Assembly (NCBI GenBank): GCA_964640295.1
Contig: CAZXFX010000005.1
Span: forward strand, 21,497 to 85,496
DNA: 64,000 nt
Source: an uncultured Dehalococcoidia bacterium
GTDB taxonomy: Bacteria; Chloroflexota; Dehalococcoidia; Lucifugimonadales; UBA1123
Direction: 5' to 3'
Each line of letters opens with the position of its first letter. Position 1 is the stretch's first letter. A program made the translations under genes and the position numbers. Below are positions 36,663 to 45,916 of the stretch, one piece after another. The notes below the pieces were generated by a model. The model ran no database searches, was not told the DNA's origin, and was given only the letters and a program-made list of their open reading frames with translations.

Positions 36663-36905
36663 TTAGCGAACCGCTGGAGAAACCCTGAGTGGTGTACGTC
36701 CTGAGAACGGCTTATCTGGCTCTCGACCTCTCTCGGCGCACACGGCTAGATAGTCGTCTATGGAAAACCGAAACTCTTCCTGAAGCTGTTCGACAGACGT
36801 TCCCTCAAAGACTATTACGTCCTTGGTATGTACCACCTCGCCATGAAACACACCCGCGTCCGAATCGAAAGTCACTGAGGCCCAATAGCCCTTATATTCT
36901 ATCAT
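36663..36905 (-). CDS. hicB: HicB-family antitoxin, apparently lacking the C-terminal DNA-binding domain
   Basis: MIEYKGYWASVTFDSDAGVFHGEV...DDYLAVCAERGREPDKPFSG is the HicB N-domain. The ORF stops at ...RVSPAVR, where homologs continue into an RHH domain. Confidence 0.8.
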   Translation of the reverse strand: MIEYKGYWASVTFDSDAGVFHGEVVHTKDVIVFEGTSVEQLQEEFRFSIDDYLAVCAERGREPDKPFSGRTPLRVSPAVR

Positions 36906-37156
36906 GGTTCTATCCCCGTCTTTCGCAAGAATTTTCTCAGGGATTCTACTGCGCCTTTTCTGGTCTCTCTTTCAGGATGTGGTCTATGAAAGTGAGCTCC
37001 AACATCGTTCAATTCTATATACACCCTGGCTCCCGTCCTTTCTTCAATGTACGCTCCGCAGGCCAATAGCATTGATTCAATTTCGTCCCATCGAAGACCT
37101 GCTTGTGTGGGTCTCCGGAAGATCGCTTCCAATGTCCTGCGATGCTTTCTTCTCAT
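36902..37156 (-). CDS. hicA: HicA-family mRNA interferase toxin
   Basis: 84 aa with KHRRTLEAIFRRP...LRWDEIESMLLACGAYIEERTGARV...HFHRPHP. 4-nt overlap with hicB. Confidence 0.85.
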   Translation of the reverse strand: MRRKHRRTLEAIFRRPTQAGLRWDEIESMLLACGAYIEERTGARVYIELNDVGAHFHRPHPERETRKGAVESLRKFLRKTGIEP

Positions 37157-37220
37157 AAGTGGACTATATCATATAATTGCGTCACACTAAGAACTAAAAA
37201 CTAACGACTAAAAACTGAAC

Positions 37221-38216
37221 ATGACCAAATTCCTTACATTCGGAGAAACCCTCGTACAGCGCAACGCCGACTACATCGGTCCCTACGACCCGGACGGCCC
37301 CTACACCTGGCACGTCGCGGGCGCGGAGTCTAATGTCGCCCTCGACCTGCGAAGGCTGACGCCGGACATAGAGGCCATCTGGGTGAGCCGGCTCGGTCGG
37401 GACGAGGACGGCGACATGATACTCGGCCAATTGCGAGACAGGATAACCGTCCGCGCCGCCCAGTTCGACGATGAGCGAACTGGTATCCAGCTACTCAATC
37501 ATCTGGGCGGCGGCGAGGTTCTGCGCCGATACAGGCGAGCGGGAAGCGCGGCAAGCCGTCTGACCGCCGCCGAAGTCCTGCCCCATCTGGACGGCAGCGA
37601 CCTCGTTCATGTTACAGGCATAACGCCTGCGCTGAGCGACATCTGTCGCCGGACGGTCATGGATGTAATGCAAGCCGCCGCCGAACGCCGAATCCCCGTC
37701 AGCATGGATGTCAACTACCGCGACGCTCTCTGGACGCCGCTAGAAGCGAGGGCGGTCTGCGACGAGATGCGCCAATTCGCTACCTTGTTCAAGGTAGGCC
37801 ACGACGAGGCCGAAACCATTTGGGGGCGTGGTTATTCGGCGGAAGAATACGCGCAATACTTCTTCAGCGGCAATACGCGCCTCACGCTAATTACCACCGG
37901 CGATAGCGGCGCGGTCGCCTGCGATGGCGATCAGGTCGTTGCCCATCCCGGATTCACAGTAGAAATGGTGGACCCCGTTGGAGCGGGCGACGCATTCGTA
38001 GCCGGGTTCCTGGCAGGCATATTCCAGCGATGCGAGTTGCCTGCGCTTCTCGATATGGGCACGGACGCCCGCGCCGACATACTCTACCACGCTCTTGCGA
38101 TAGCCAACGCCTGCGGCGCGCTCGTCTGCACCCAACATGGCGACACCGAACCCATGCCGGATATGCGCCAGGCGGAGGAGTTCATCGCGCGCAATAGAAC
38201 GAAAGCGGATGACTAA
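37221..38216 (+). CDS. PfkB-family sugar kinase (2-dehydro-3-deoxygluconokinase-like)
   Basis: 331 aa with the C-terminal DPVGAGDAFVAGF motif and overall PfkB layout. The last 65+ nt are duplicated at 38951-39015. Confidence 0.88.
   Translation: MTKFLTFGETLVQRNADYIGPYDPDGPYTWHVAGAESNVALDLRRLTPDIEAIWVSRLGRDEDGDMILGQLRDRITVRAAQFDDERTGIQLLNHLGGGEVLRRYRRAGSAASRLTAAEVLPHLDGSDLVHVTGITPALSDICRRTVMDVMQAAAERRIPVSMDVNYRDALWTPLEARAVCDEMRQFATLFKVGHDEAETIWGRGYSAEEYAQYFFSGNTRLTLITTGDSGAVACDGDQVVAHPGFTVEMVDPVGAGDAFVAGFLAGIFQRCELPALLDMGTDARADILYHALAIANACGALVCTQHGDTEPMPDMRQAEEFIARNRTKADD
38127..38191. repeat. 65-nt direct repeat, copy A (inside the kinase 3' end)
   Basis: Identical at all 65 positions to 38951-39015: tgcacccaacatggcgacaccgaacccatgccggatatgcgccaggcggaggagttcatcgcgcg. 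Confidence 0.95.
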
Positions 38217-38288
38217 GGAAAATTATATTCCAAAATAAAATACCGTTCTACTCTCGGAAGCGGTACTTTAGGTTGCACTTTCAGCATA

Positions 38289-38564
38289 CTAATTGCTGAG
38301 TGCGAAGAATTCCTCTACTTGTCTTTCGGGAACGTTTTCCGAGCGCATAGCGATCAATGCTTGGCACGCTGTCTCTATTCCACGTTCCAAATCGTATGTC
38401 CAAATCCCTACGTCGTCGGCGTTGCTTCTAACAATAAAAAATCTGCGCCGTCCAGATTGGTCAATCGTTATTGAAACAAAGTCGCTACCATCCCTGACCA
38501 ATATATTGCCCTCTTTGGTTTGCTCAACGGTGAACTGTTCTCCTGAGTACTCATATGTCCGCAT
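38289..38564 (-). CDS. Hypothetical small protein (cassette ORF B)
   Basis: 91 aa, ATG preceded by AAGGAAGGAGAA. No recognisable motif. More AT-rich than its surroundings. Confidence 0.55.
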   Translation of the reverse strand: MRTYEYSGEQFTVEQTKEGNILVRDGSDFVSITIDQSGRRRFFIVRSNADDVGIWTYDLERGIETACQALIAMRSENVPERQVEEFFALSN

Positions 38565-38799
38565 TGTTTTCTCCTTCCTTCTGCCGTCTTGGGAATATCG
38601 TGTTAGAAATCAGGGTTATTGGAAATTGGACACGCTGTCCGCTAGCATCGCGAAACCAGTATTGCATTGTGGGCATAAATCCGTCTTCGACACCTACAAT
38701 TAGTTCAGTGACCGAGTCGGAAACAATTTGAGGGTTACGACCTGTCAATTCCATGACCAACTCTTCAGGACGATTCCATGCATTCAGGATTTCTTCCAA
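38551..38799 (-). CDS. Hypothetical small protein (cassette ORF A)
   Basis: 82 aa from TTG 38799 (AAGAGG upstream), or shorter from ATG 38754. Its 3' end contains the RBS and start of ORF B (14-nt overlap). No recognisable motif. Confidence 0.4.
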   Translation of the reverse strand: MEEILNAWNRPEELVMELTGRNPQIVSDSVTELIVGVEDGFMPTMQYWFRDASGQRVQFPITLISNTIFPRRQKEGENNADI

Positions 38800-38950
38800 T
38801 GTGCCCTTAGCCTCTTTTCTTCCCTAGCTGCGCGGTTGCTGATACCGCCATTGGCCCTTTGGGCGGGCAGTCGAAGTTCAGAATCATTCTCGTTACATTC
38901 TACAAACTATCCATACAGTCTAGTCAGCCCTTGGCTAATTGGTCAACCAT

Positions 38951-39034
38951 TGCACCCAACATGGCGACACCGAACCCATGCCGGATATGCGCCAGGCGGA
39001 GGAGTTCATCGCGCGTTCACAGAACCGCAGTTGA
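38951..39034 (+). pseudogene. Orphan 3' end of the PfkB kinase gene (65-nt repeat copy B plus its own tail and stop)
   Basis: Reads (C)TQHGDTEPMPDMRQAEEFIARSQNRS-stop in the kinase frame. Sits 30 nt from the convergent glnS stop, as expected for the ancestral gene end. Confidence 0.8.
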
Positions 39035-39063
39035 ACCACGCGGCTGAATAGAAGCGGACCGTT

Positions 39064-40755
39064 TTACCGCCCTCCCTGACGCTGTATCCGCGCCCACGTG
39101 TCTCTCAGAGACACCGCCCTGTTGAACACGGGCGTGTCCGTCGTCGAATCCCTGTCCTTGGCAAAGTATCCGATGCGCTCGAACTGGTACGTCTCGCCGA
39201 CATTCGCCTCGGATAGCGATGGCTCTGTCTTGCATCCTGTCAGGACACTCAGCGAGTCCGGATTGATGAACTCCGTCCATTCCCTGCCGTCCGGCGCATC
39301 GTTCGGGTTCGGAATGGTGAACAGGTTGTCATACAGCCTCACCTCCGCGTCCACAGCGTGTTCGGCGGACACCCAGTGCAGAGTGGCGCGCACTCGCCTG
39401 CCGTCCGGCGCGGAGCCGCCGCGCGTCTCCGGGTCATACGCGCATCGAAGCTCGATCACATTGCCGTCTGCGTCCTTGACGGCTTCCTCGCACTTGATGA
39501 AGTACCCGTATCTGAGCCGAACTTCGCGGCCCGGCGCTAGACGATAGAACCTGCGCGGCGGGTCTTCCATGAAATCGTCCCGCTCTATGTACATCTCCCG
39601 CGTAAACGGAACGCGCCGCGTTCCCGCGCTTTCGTCTTCCGGGTTATTTATAGCGTCCAGATAGTCCGTCTCGCCCTCAGGAAAGTTCTCTATGACGACT
39701 TTCAGCGGATTCAGAACCGCCATGCGCCGCTCCGCGCGCCTGTTCAGATCGTTGCGCAGATTGTGTTCCAGCAGCGCCATCTCGGTTAGCGATTCCGTTT
39801 TGTTTATGCCCACTTCCGCGCAGAAGTCACGCAGCGCTTCAGGCGTATATCCACGCCGTCTCATCCCTGCCAGCGTCGGCATACGCGGATCGTCCCAGCC
39901 GTCAACATAGCCGTCCTCCACCAGCCTTATAAGACGCCGTTTGCTCAGGACTGTATGTGAGATATTGAATCGTGCGAACTCTATCTGCTGGGGACGGTAC
40001 AGCCCAAGTTCTTCGAGGAACCAGTCGTACAGCGGACGATGGTCCTCGTACTCCATACTGCACAGCGAGTGCGTAATACCCTCTATCGAATCCGAAATCG
40101 GGTGCGCGTAGTCATACATCGGGTAGATATGCCACTTGTCTCCGGTCTGATGGTGCGGAACATTGCGTATCCGATAGATGGTCGGGTCGCGCATATTCAT
40201 GTTGGGCGAAGCCATATCTATCTTTGCGCGCAGCACGTGGGCGCCGTCCTCGAATTCGCCGTCCCGCATTCGGCGCAGCAGATCCAGATTCTCTTGCGCC
40301 GACCTCTCTCTATACGGGCTGTTCCTACCCGGTTCGGTAAGAGCGCCCCTGTACTCGCGTATCTCCTCCGCGCTCAGACTGTCAACATACGCCTTGCCGT
40401 CCATCACAAGTTGTTCGGCGAGTTCGTACAGCCGCTCGAAGTAGCCGGAGGCGAAGAACTCGCGGTCACCCCATTCGAAACCCAGCCACCTCGTATCTTC
40501 TTTTTGCGACTCGACGTACTCCATCTCTTCGGCGAGAGGGTTCGTGTCGTCGAATCGGAAGTTGCACAGCCCCTCGAAATCCGCAGCTATCCCAAAGTTG
40601 AGGCAGATAGCGGTAGCGTGTCCCAGATGCAGATACCCGTTCGGCTCCGGCGGCCAGCGAGTGTGCACCCTGCCGCCAAACCTGCCAGTTTCGTTGTCTT
40701 CGACGATACGCGCCCTTATGAAGTCCTTTGACGCGAGCGTGGATTTGTCCGACAT
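39064..40755 (-). CDS. glnS: Glutamine--tRNA ligase
   Basis: [28 protein letters not shown]...[10 protein letters not shown]...[17 protein letters not shown] is near-collinear with canonical bacterial GlnRS. Confidence 0.95.
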   Translation of the reverse strand: MSDKSTLASKDFIRARIVEDNETGRFGGRVHTRWPPEPNGYLHLGHATAICLNFGIAADFEGLCNFRFDDTNPLAEEMEYVESQKEDTRWLGFEWGDREFFASGYFERLYELAEQLVMDGKAYVDSLSAEEIREYRGALTEPGRNSPYRERSAQENLDLLRRMRDGEFEDGAHVLRAKIDMASPNMNMRDPTIYRIRNVPHHQTGDKWHIYPMYDYAHPISDSIEGITHSLCSMEYEDHRPLYDWFLEELGLYRPQQIEFARFNISHTVLSKRRLIRLVEDGYVDGWDDPRMPTLAGMRRRGYTPEALRDFCAEVGINKTESLTEMALLEHNLRNDLNRRAERRMAVLNPLKVVIENFPEGETDYLDAINNPEDESAGTRRVPFTREMYIERDDFMEDPPRRFYRLAPGREVRLRYGYFIKCEEAVKDADGNVIELRCAYDPETRGGSAPDGRRVRATLHWVSAEHAVDAEVRLYDNLFTIPNPNDAPDGREWTEFINPDSLSVLTGCKTEPSLSEANVGETYQFERIGYFAKDRDSTTDTPVFNRAVSLRDTWARIQRQGGR

Positions 40756-40877
40756 GCTAAAGCCTCTCCATTGTTTCGGGAAATTACCTCAAAGTATATG
40801 CAACTCTCAGTTCGCTTACAATTCTCCGAGCGCTTCTGGCGCTTCATGGACTTACGTTGACCTATTCCGCCAGCGCT

Positions 40878-41609
40878 CTAACCTTCTATGCGGCGCAGTC
40901 GCTCTTCCAGTTCCCGAATGCGCTTCTCGGCGTCCAGGCGCAGCCTTCGCTCTTCCTCTTTTAACCGACTCTCGGATTCCAGGCTGGGGATGTAGTCTTC
41001 TGTGAGTTGGTTGTACCAGTCCAGACTTCCCCGTCGCCAGCATAGATACAGAGCTAACTCCTCGCTGTATCCCCTGATCTCGCCATCAGGAAGTTCATCT
41101 ATGGTGATTGGCTCATACCGACCGTTCACCAGACGGCCCCCGGCCAGATGGGCGCCGTGAAACTCGCCCGTCTCGTCGAAGCGCCAGTACTCCCGCACTC
41201 CCAGGTCCGCGTAGAAATCCACCTTCGCGCCAACGTCTATGTGGCCTGTGTGTCGGGAGGCGATTTCCAACACGAAATCCGGCGGCTTGCCCTGCAATGA
41301 CACGACATAGCCGTTGTTGGCTTCGTACAAGTCAGGGTCGGCCTCAAAAGCCACCAGCAGGTCGGGGTAGCGCTTCGGCGCGCCCGGGGCGGAGCAGACG
41401 TAGCGCTCGCCGGATAGGATGGTGGCTTCAGGATAGCCCAGATGTCGCTTGACGCGCCCTGCGTTGCCGGTCTCGGCCAAGTGTTTGAAGCTAGTCATGT
41501 CGTCGGGGTGCTTCTCCGGGATGTCGGGCAGGCGGTATGCCCTAGGGTCGAGCGTCGCCGCCTGCGTGGAGTGAATGTCTGCCATGAGAGTTCCTCCTTC
41601 GTCAGTCAT
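40878..41609 (-). CDS. Uma2-family (DUF820) restriction-endonuclease-like protein with coiled-coil tail
   Basis: PDLLVAFE...PPDFVLEIAS...K..FYADLGVREYWRFD core, plus a C-terminal EEERRLRLDAEKRIRELEERLRRIEG. Confidence 0.85.
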   Translation of the reverse strand: MTDEGGTLMADIHSTQAATLDPRAYRLPDIPEKHPDDMTSFKHLAETGNAGRVKRHLGYPEATILSGERYVCSAPGAPKRYPDLLVAFEADPDLYEANNGYVVSLQGKPPDFVLEIASRHTGHIDVGAKVDFYADLGVREYWRFDETGEFHGAHLAGGRLVNGRYEPITIDELPDGEIRGYSEELALYLCWRRGSLDWYNQLTEDYIPSLESESRLKEEERRLRLDAEKRIRELEERLRRIEG

Positions 41610-41732
41610 TTCCCGCTCTCAGCCGATTTTGTGTCTCCGCGCACGATACGCCGGGGTCCCTATGATAACCGATATTCGCTCCACCATGTCCAAGGCTGGT
41701 TGCCTCACGGAATGTTGAACTCCGCTCGCGTA

Positions 41733-43295
41733 TCACCAACTCTGAACCGTTGCCATCGCTTCCCCCAAGGTCAGCCGCGCCGTCCTCCGTCCCGCTTCTT
41801 TCAGTACCCGAAAGTCCGACAGCGCCTGGGCGTCCGTGAACATTCCGAATGTAAAGTTCTCTCCCGGGACCGCAATGTCTCGCTCGCGCGAAGACGTGAT
41901 CATCATCGCTGCCAAGTTATTCGGGCCGCCCTTGTGAAGTTGGCCTGTCGAATGCAGGTAGCGCGGTCCGTAGCCCAGCGTCGTCGCAATACGGAACTTT
42001 CTCAGAAGCGCCAGCCTCAGCCGCGACAGCGCATCGTCGTTCTCCGCCGTCTGGGGTATATAAGCCAGAATCGCCAGGTAGTCGCCCTGCTTCATGCTTG
42101 AAAGAAGCTCGGCAAGCGAACCCTCTGAACTCGATTGCAAACCGGTTTCACCCGATTTTGAAGCCTCAAGCGCTTCCCGCGTGAGACGTTTGGCGCGCTC
42201 GACGTCGGGCTGGTTGAATGGATGCACTCCCATCAGCGCTCCCGCCGTCGCCGTGGCGAATTGCCATCGAAAGAACTCTCCGCCCAACTCGCTCGCCGTC
42301 TCGATCTCATATCGAATTACAGGGTGTCCCGCAAGCGACAGCTCTTCGCACAGGCTGTCGGCCTCAGAATCTTCTCCGCACATCTTCAAATAGACGAACT
42401 GCCTGTCTCGCCTGTAGTGGCGCGCTTCTGCAAGAGGCTCCAATGTCACCGGCGCCATGCCTTTGCCGTCTTTTCCGAGGCTCTCCGCGATAAGCTGCTC
42501 GATCCATAGCGCGAACGACGCGAGGGACGGAGAAGTGAGAATAGTCAACTTGTCGCGGCCCGCTTCCAGATTGGAGACGAGTTCGACTCCCAGCCACGCG
42601 CCCGGGTTCTCTTGTATCGGAACTTCCGCGGAACTCTGCGAGCGCATCGCGGCGGCGCTTTCCAGTATGCTGGCGATGTCATATCCGGCCAGCGCGGCTG
42701 GCGCGAGACCGAAGCGGCTCAGTACAGAATAGCGTCCGCAAATATCGGGCGGATTCAGGAAAATTTCTCTGAACCCGTCGCGTCTCGCAAGCAGTTCGAG
42801 CGGAGATCCCGGGTCCGTAATGGCTGTGAATCGTTCGCCGCCAAGCCCCAGTTCTTCCATCCTGTGTCTGAACAGCCTGTACAACAACATCGGCTCGATG
42901 GTTGATCCCGATTTGGACGATACGATCACCAGCGAGCGTTCCAGATCAATAGAGTTCATCGTCAACTCAATCTGGGCGGGTAGGGCGGAATCGAGAACCG
43001 CAAGCCGCGGCCAACCCTCGGTATGACCCAGGCTTCGCCTGAGAGTCTCCGCGCCCAGGCTGCTTCCGCCCATGCCTATCAGGATGACGTGCCTGACGCC
43101 CTCGTCTCGCGCTCGCTGCGCGAATCCCGTCAGCGCATCCACTTCGCGCCGCATCGAATCGGCGACGTCCAGCCAGCCCAGCCTGTCGGTGATTTCAGTC
43201 GGATAGTCGGACCAAAGTGTATAGTCTCTGGCCCAAATGCGATTGACTACACTCTTGATATCCAGAGCCTCCGTCGGGCGCGCGACGGTCGTCAT
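41733..43295 (-). CDS. pgi: Glucose-6-phosphate isomerase
   Basis: VILIGMGGSSLG and VSSKSGSTIEP SIS motifs, 520 aa. Start overlaps the tal stop (ATGA). Confidence 0.9.
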   Translation of the reverse strand: MTTVARPTEALDIKSVVNRIWARDYTLWSDYPTEITDRLGWLDVADSMRREVDALTGFAQRARDEGVRHVILIGMGGSSLGAETLRRSLGHTEGWPRLAVLDSALPAQIELTMNSIDLERSLVIVSSKSGSTIEPMLLYRLFRHRMEELGLGGERFTAITDPGSPLELLARRDGFREIFLNPPDICGRYSVLSRFGLAPAALAGYDIASILESAAAMRSQSSAEVPIQENPGAWLGVELVSNLEAGRDKLTILTSPSLASFALWIEQLIAESLGKDGKGMAPVTLEPLAEARHYRRDRQFVYLKMCGEDSEADSLCEELSLAGHPVIRYEIETASELGGEFFRWQFATATAGALMGVHPFNQPDVERAKRLTREALEASKSGETGLQSSSEGSLAELLSSMKQGDYLAILAYIPQTAENDDALSRLRLALLRKFRIATTLGYGPRYLHSTGQLHKGGPNNLAAMMITSSRERDIAVPGENFTFGMFTDAQALSDFRVLKEAGRRTARLTLGEAMATVQSW

Positions 43296-44428
43296 GACCC
43301 GCCTGCCGCGCTCGACGCGCCCCGCGTCAGGCTCATTCTTTTGGCTTCGATGTCATCCAGCAGCAACTCGAAGGAGTCCGCGAACGCTTTTACTCCGTCG
43401 CGCGTCAGGTCGGCGGTCACCGCCTCCATGCTGATGCCGCCCTCTTCCAGCTTGCTCAGCGCTTCACGCGACTCGTCCGCGCCCAGTTCGATGGTGTCGC
43501 TTACCTTGCCATGATCCAGGAACGCCGCGAGCGTCGCGTCCGGCATCGTGTTCACAGTGTCTTTGCCAATGAGCGTCTCCACGTACAGCGTGTCGCTGTA
43601 AAGCGGATTCTTCGTGCTGGTGGACGCCCACAGCGGCCTCTGGACACGCGCGCCTTTGCGCGCGAAACGCTGGAATCGTCCTGTGCTGAAGGTTCGCTTG
43701 AAATCCTGGTAAGCGACCTTGGCGTTGGCGATTGCCGCCTTGCCCTTCAGGTGTTCCAGCGCGCCGCCGCGCCGCTCGATAATATCGTCCACCGACGTAT
43801 CAACCCTGCTCACGAAGAACGACGCCACCGACGCCACCGCGCCCAGGTCGCCGCCCGCCTCGTCCAGGAGCTTCAGCCCCGCGATGTACGCCTCCCGCAC
43901 TCTCATGTACATATCCAGCGAAAATATGAGCGTAACATTGACGTTGACGCCCCGCCCAATCAGGTCGCGTATCGCAGGTATTCCCGCGGAAGTCGCCGGC
44001 ACTTTTATCATCGCGTTCGGTCTGTCCAGCGCGTCGAACAGTCTGAGAGCCGCCTCTACCGTGCCGTCCGTGTCATGCGCCAGACGCGGACTGACCTCCA
44101 GAGACGCGAACCCGTCCGCTCCTCCGCTGCGTTCATACACGGGCCTCAGAACGTCCGCCGCCGCCCGTATATCCTCGATCGCCAGCGCCTCGAATAATCG
44201 CTCTCCCGCGAGTCCGGCGGAAGCGTATTCTATGATCGAAGAGTCATAATCGTCGCCGGACGCTATCGCCTTCTGGAATATCGTCGGGTTGGAGGTGAGT
44301 CCGGTTACCCCCATCGCCACAAGACGCTCCAATTCACCTGTTTCTATCAGCGCTCGATACATGTTGTCGTACCAGACGCTCTGACCGAGTCTGCCCAGTT
44401 GCTGCAATGCGTTTATCGTTTCAGACAT
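43292..44428 (-). CDS. tal: Transaldolase
   Basis: LGQSVWYDNMYR..., VTGLTSNPTIFQKAI, MIKVPAT and NVTLIFS motifs. Confidence 0.92.
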   Translation of the reverse strand: MSETINALQQLGRLGQSVWYDNMYRALIETGELERLVAMGVTGLTSNPTIFQKAIASGDDYDSSIIEYASAGLAGERLFEALAIEDIRAAADVLRPVYERSGGADGFASLEVSPRLAHDTDGTVEAALRLFDALDRPNAMIKVPATSAGIPAIRDLIGRGVNVNVTLIFSLDMYMRVREAYIAGLKLLDEAGGDLGAVASVASFFVSRVDTSVDDIIERRGGALEHLKGKAAIANAKVAYQDFKRTFSTGRFQRFARKGARVQRPLWASTSTKNPLYSDTLYVETLIGKDTVNTMPDATLAAFLDHGKVSDTIELGADESREALSKLEEGGISMEAVTADLTRDGVKAFADSFELLLDDIEAKRMSLTRGASSAAGGS

Positions 44429-44604
44429 GGTATAGCTCCGCTGATTTCGAGTAAGTCCAGTTGTCGTAAGTCGGGCATTCTCGGCGCCCTCTGATCCATG
44501 AAGGTTTTAATGCCCATCTATGTCAAGAATGCCGTAAGATCGTAATATGAATCGCGCTGTCCGGCTTAGACGCGAATCCGTCGCATTTCCATGAATGCCG
44601 CCAA

Positions 44605-45807
44605 TCACACGATTATTAGCGGTATCAGCATCTCGTCCGGGGTCAGGCCTGAGTGATGCCCGTTCAGCTTCAACATCCTCCCCGAGCCGCGCGAGGCGTT
44701 GTACTCCAGTATATCCGCCCCCGACGACACTACCACGAGATCTCCCAGCCTCTCTCTCGCCTCTTGGGTCGGCTCTGTCGGCCCAAACAGTTGCAGTTTG
44801 ATGGCGTCTTCCATATCCACCACCATGAATACCTGCCCGAACCGCTGCTCAAAGTAGCGTCGCACACGTTCCCTCGCCCACTCCAGCGTATATAGGTACA
44901 TTACTCTGGCGTCGCCCGACGGCATGAGCCTGAACATTGGCTGGAGCTGGCGATTCACTCTCAGTGTGTGCCGCTTGGGCGGCGGAGCGTCCAGAAAGCC
45001 GTGATCAGCCGTTATGACTATTCGCGCTTTGTCTCCCATCAAATTGGCGAATCGTTCGATCTCTCTTGCGACTTCTCTCAGCGCGTGGCTAACCTCGGGA
45101 CGCGACATTCCGTACAGATGCGCCTGGCTGTCCACGCGCGATGAATATAGATACGTGAAGGTCTTGCCCTCCGCTTCCGTAATGTGTTTTACCGCCGAGT
45201 CCACGCCGTTCGCAAGCGATTCGTAGCCGATGGTCTTGCGTCCCCCCGTGAAATAGGTGGAATAGACCGAACCGGCTATGGCCTTTGGAACCACCGCCAG
45301 CACGTCTCTGGGCATGGACTTCCACGCGGACTGCACAGGGAACGTATCCTCCGGCTGTATGCCGCTTTTGAGCAGACTCTGATTGTTCCCGCGCGCGGTG
45401 TAGCCCAGTATCATCGCGGAAGAACCCAGCGCCGGCAGGTGCGTCCACCAGCCGGTTACGGCGTGGTCCTGCGGCCACTCGCCCGTCGTCAGGGACGTTA
45501 GCGCCACGGCGGTGGTGGACGGAAACACCGTCTGCATCTGTTCCCATATATGCCGACGCAGGAACGAATCCGCCGGAAGCGATTCCAACAGGTTCATCCC
45601 CAGACCGTCAATGAGAACCAGCGCTATATGCTCCGCTTCTCCGATAGACTTGGCGATATCCTTCGCGTTCTCGGACAGTTCAAATCTGTTTACTCCGCAG
45701 AGATGGGCGACCGCCCTGGACATATCAACCAGGTTTCGTACTTCCGGACGCGGACGCAGCAAGTCGCCTTCCGCGAACGCCTCCACAAGGTATGCTACTC
45801 CCGACAT
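44605..45807 (-). CDS. Alkaline-phosphatase-superfamily protein (nucleotide pyrophosphatase/phosphodiesterase-like)
   Basis: LVLIDGLGMNLL, VFPSTTAVALTSLTTGEWPQDHAVTGW and VITADHGF. Start set at ATG 45807. Confidence 0.8.
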   Translation of the reverse strand: MSGVAYLVEAFAEGDLLRPRPEVRNLVDMSRAVAHLCGVNRFELSENAKDIAKSIGEAEHIALVLIDGLGMNLLESLPADSFLRRHIWEQMQTVFPSTTAVALTSLTTGEWPQDHAVTGWWTHLPALGSSAMILGYTARGNNQSLLKSGIQPEDTFPVQSAWKSMPRDVLAVVPKAIAGSVYSTYFTGGRKTIGYESLANGVDSAVKHITEAEGKTFTYLYSSRVDSQAHLYGMSRPEVSHALREVAREIERFANLMGDKARIVITADHGFLDAPPPKRHTLRVNRQLQPMFRLMPSGDARVMYLYTLEWARERVRRYFEQRFGQVFMVVDMEDAIKLQLFGPTEPTQEARERLGDLVVVSSGADILEYNASRGSGRMLKLNGHHSGLTPDEMLIPLIIV

Positions 45808-45916
45808 CGAATATCGCGCTCCACGCAATCTCGTTCAATTCGTGCTAACATTATAAACGATTGAAGTGATAGTAGCGCCAATGCAGCATTAGAGCGAATA
45901 CTCCGGGTTTTGGACT

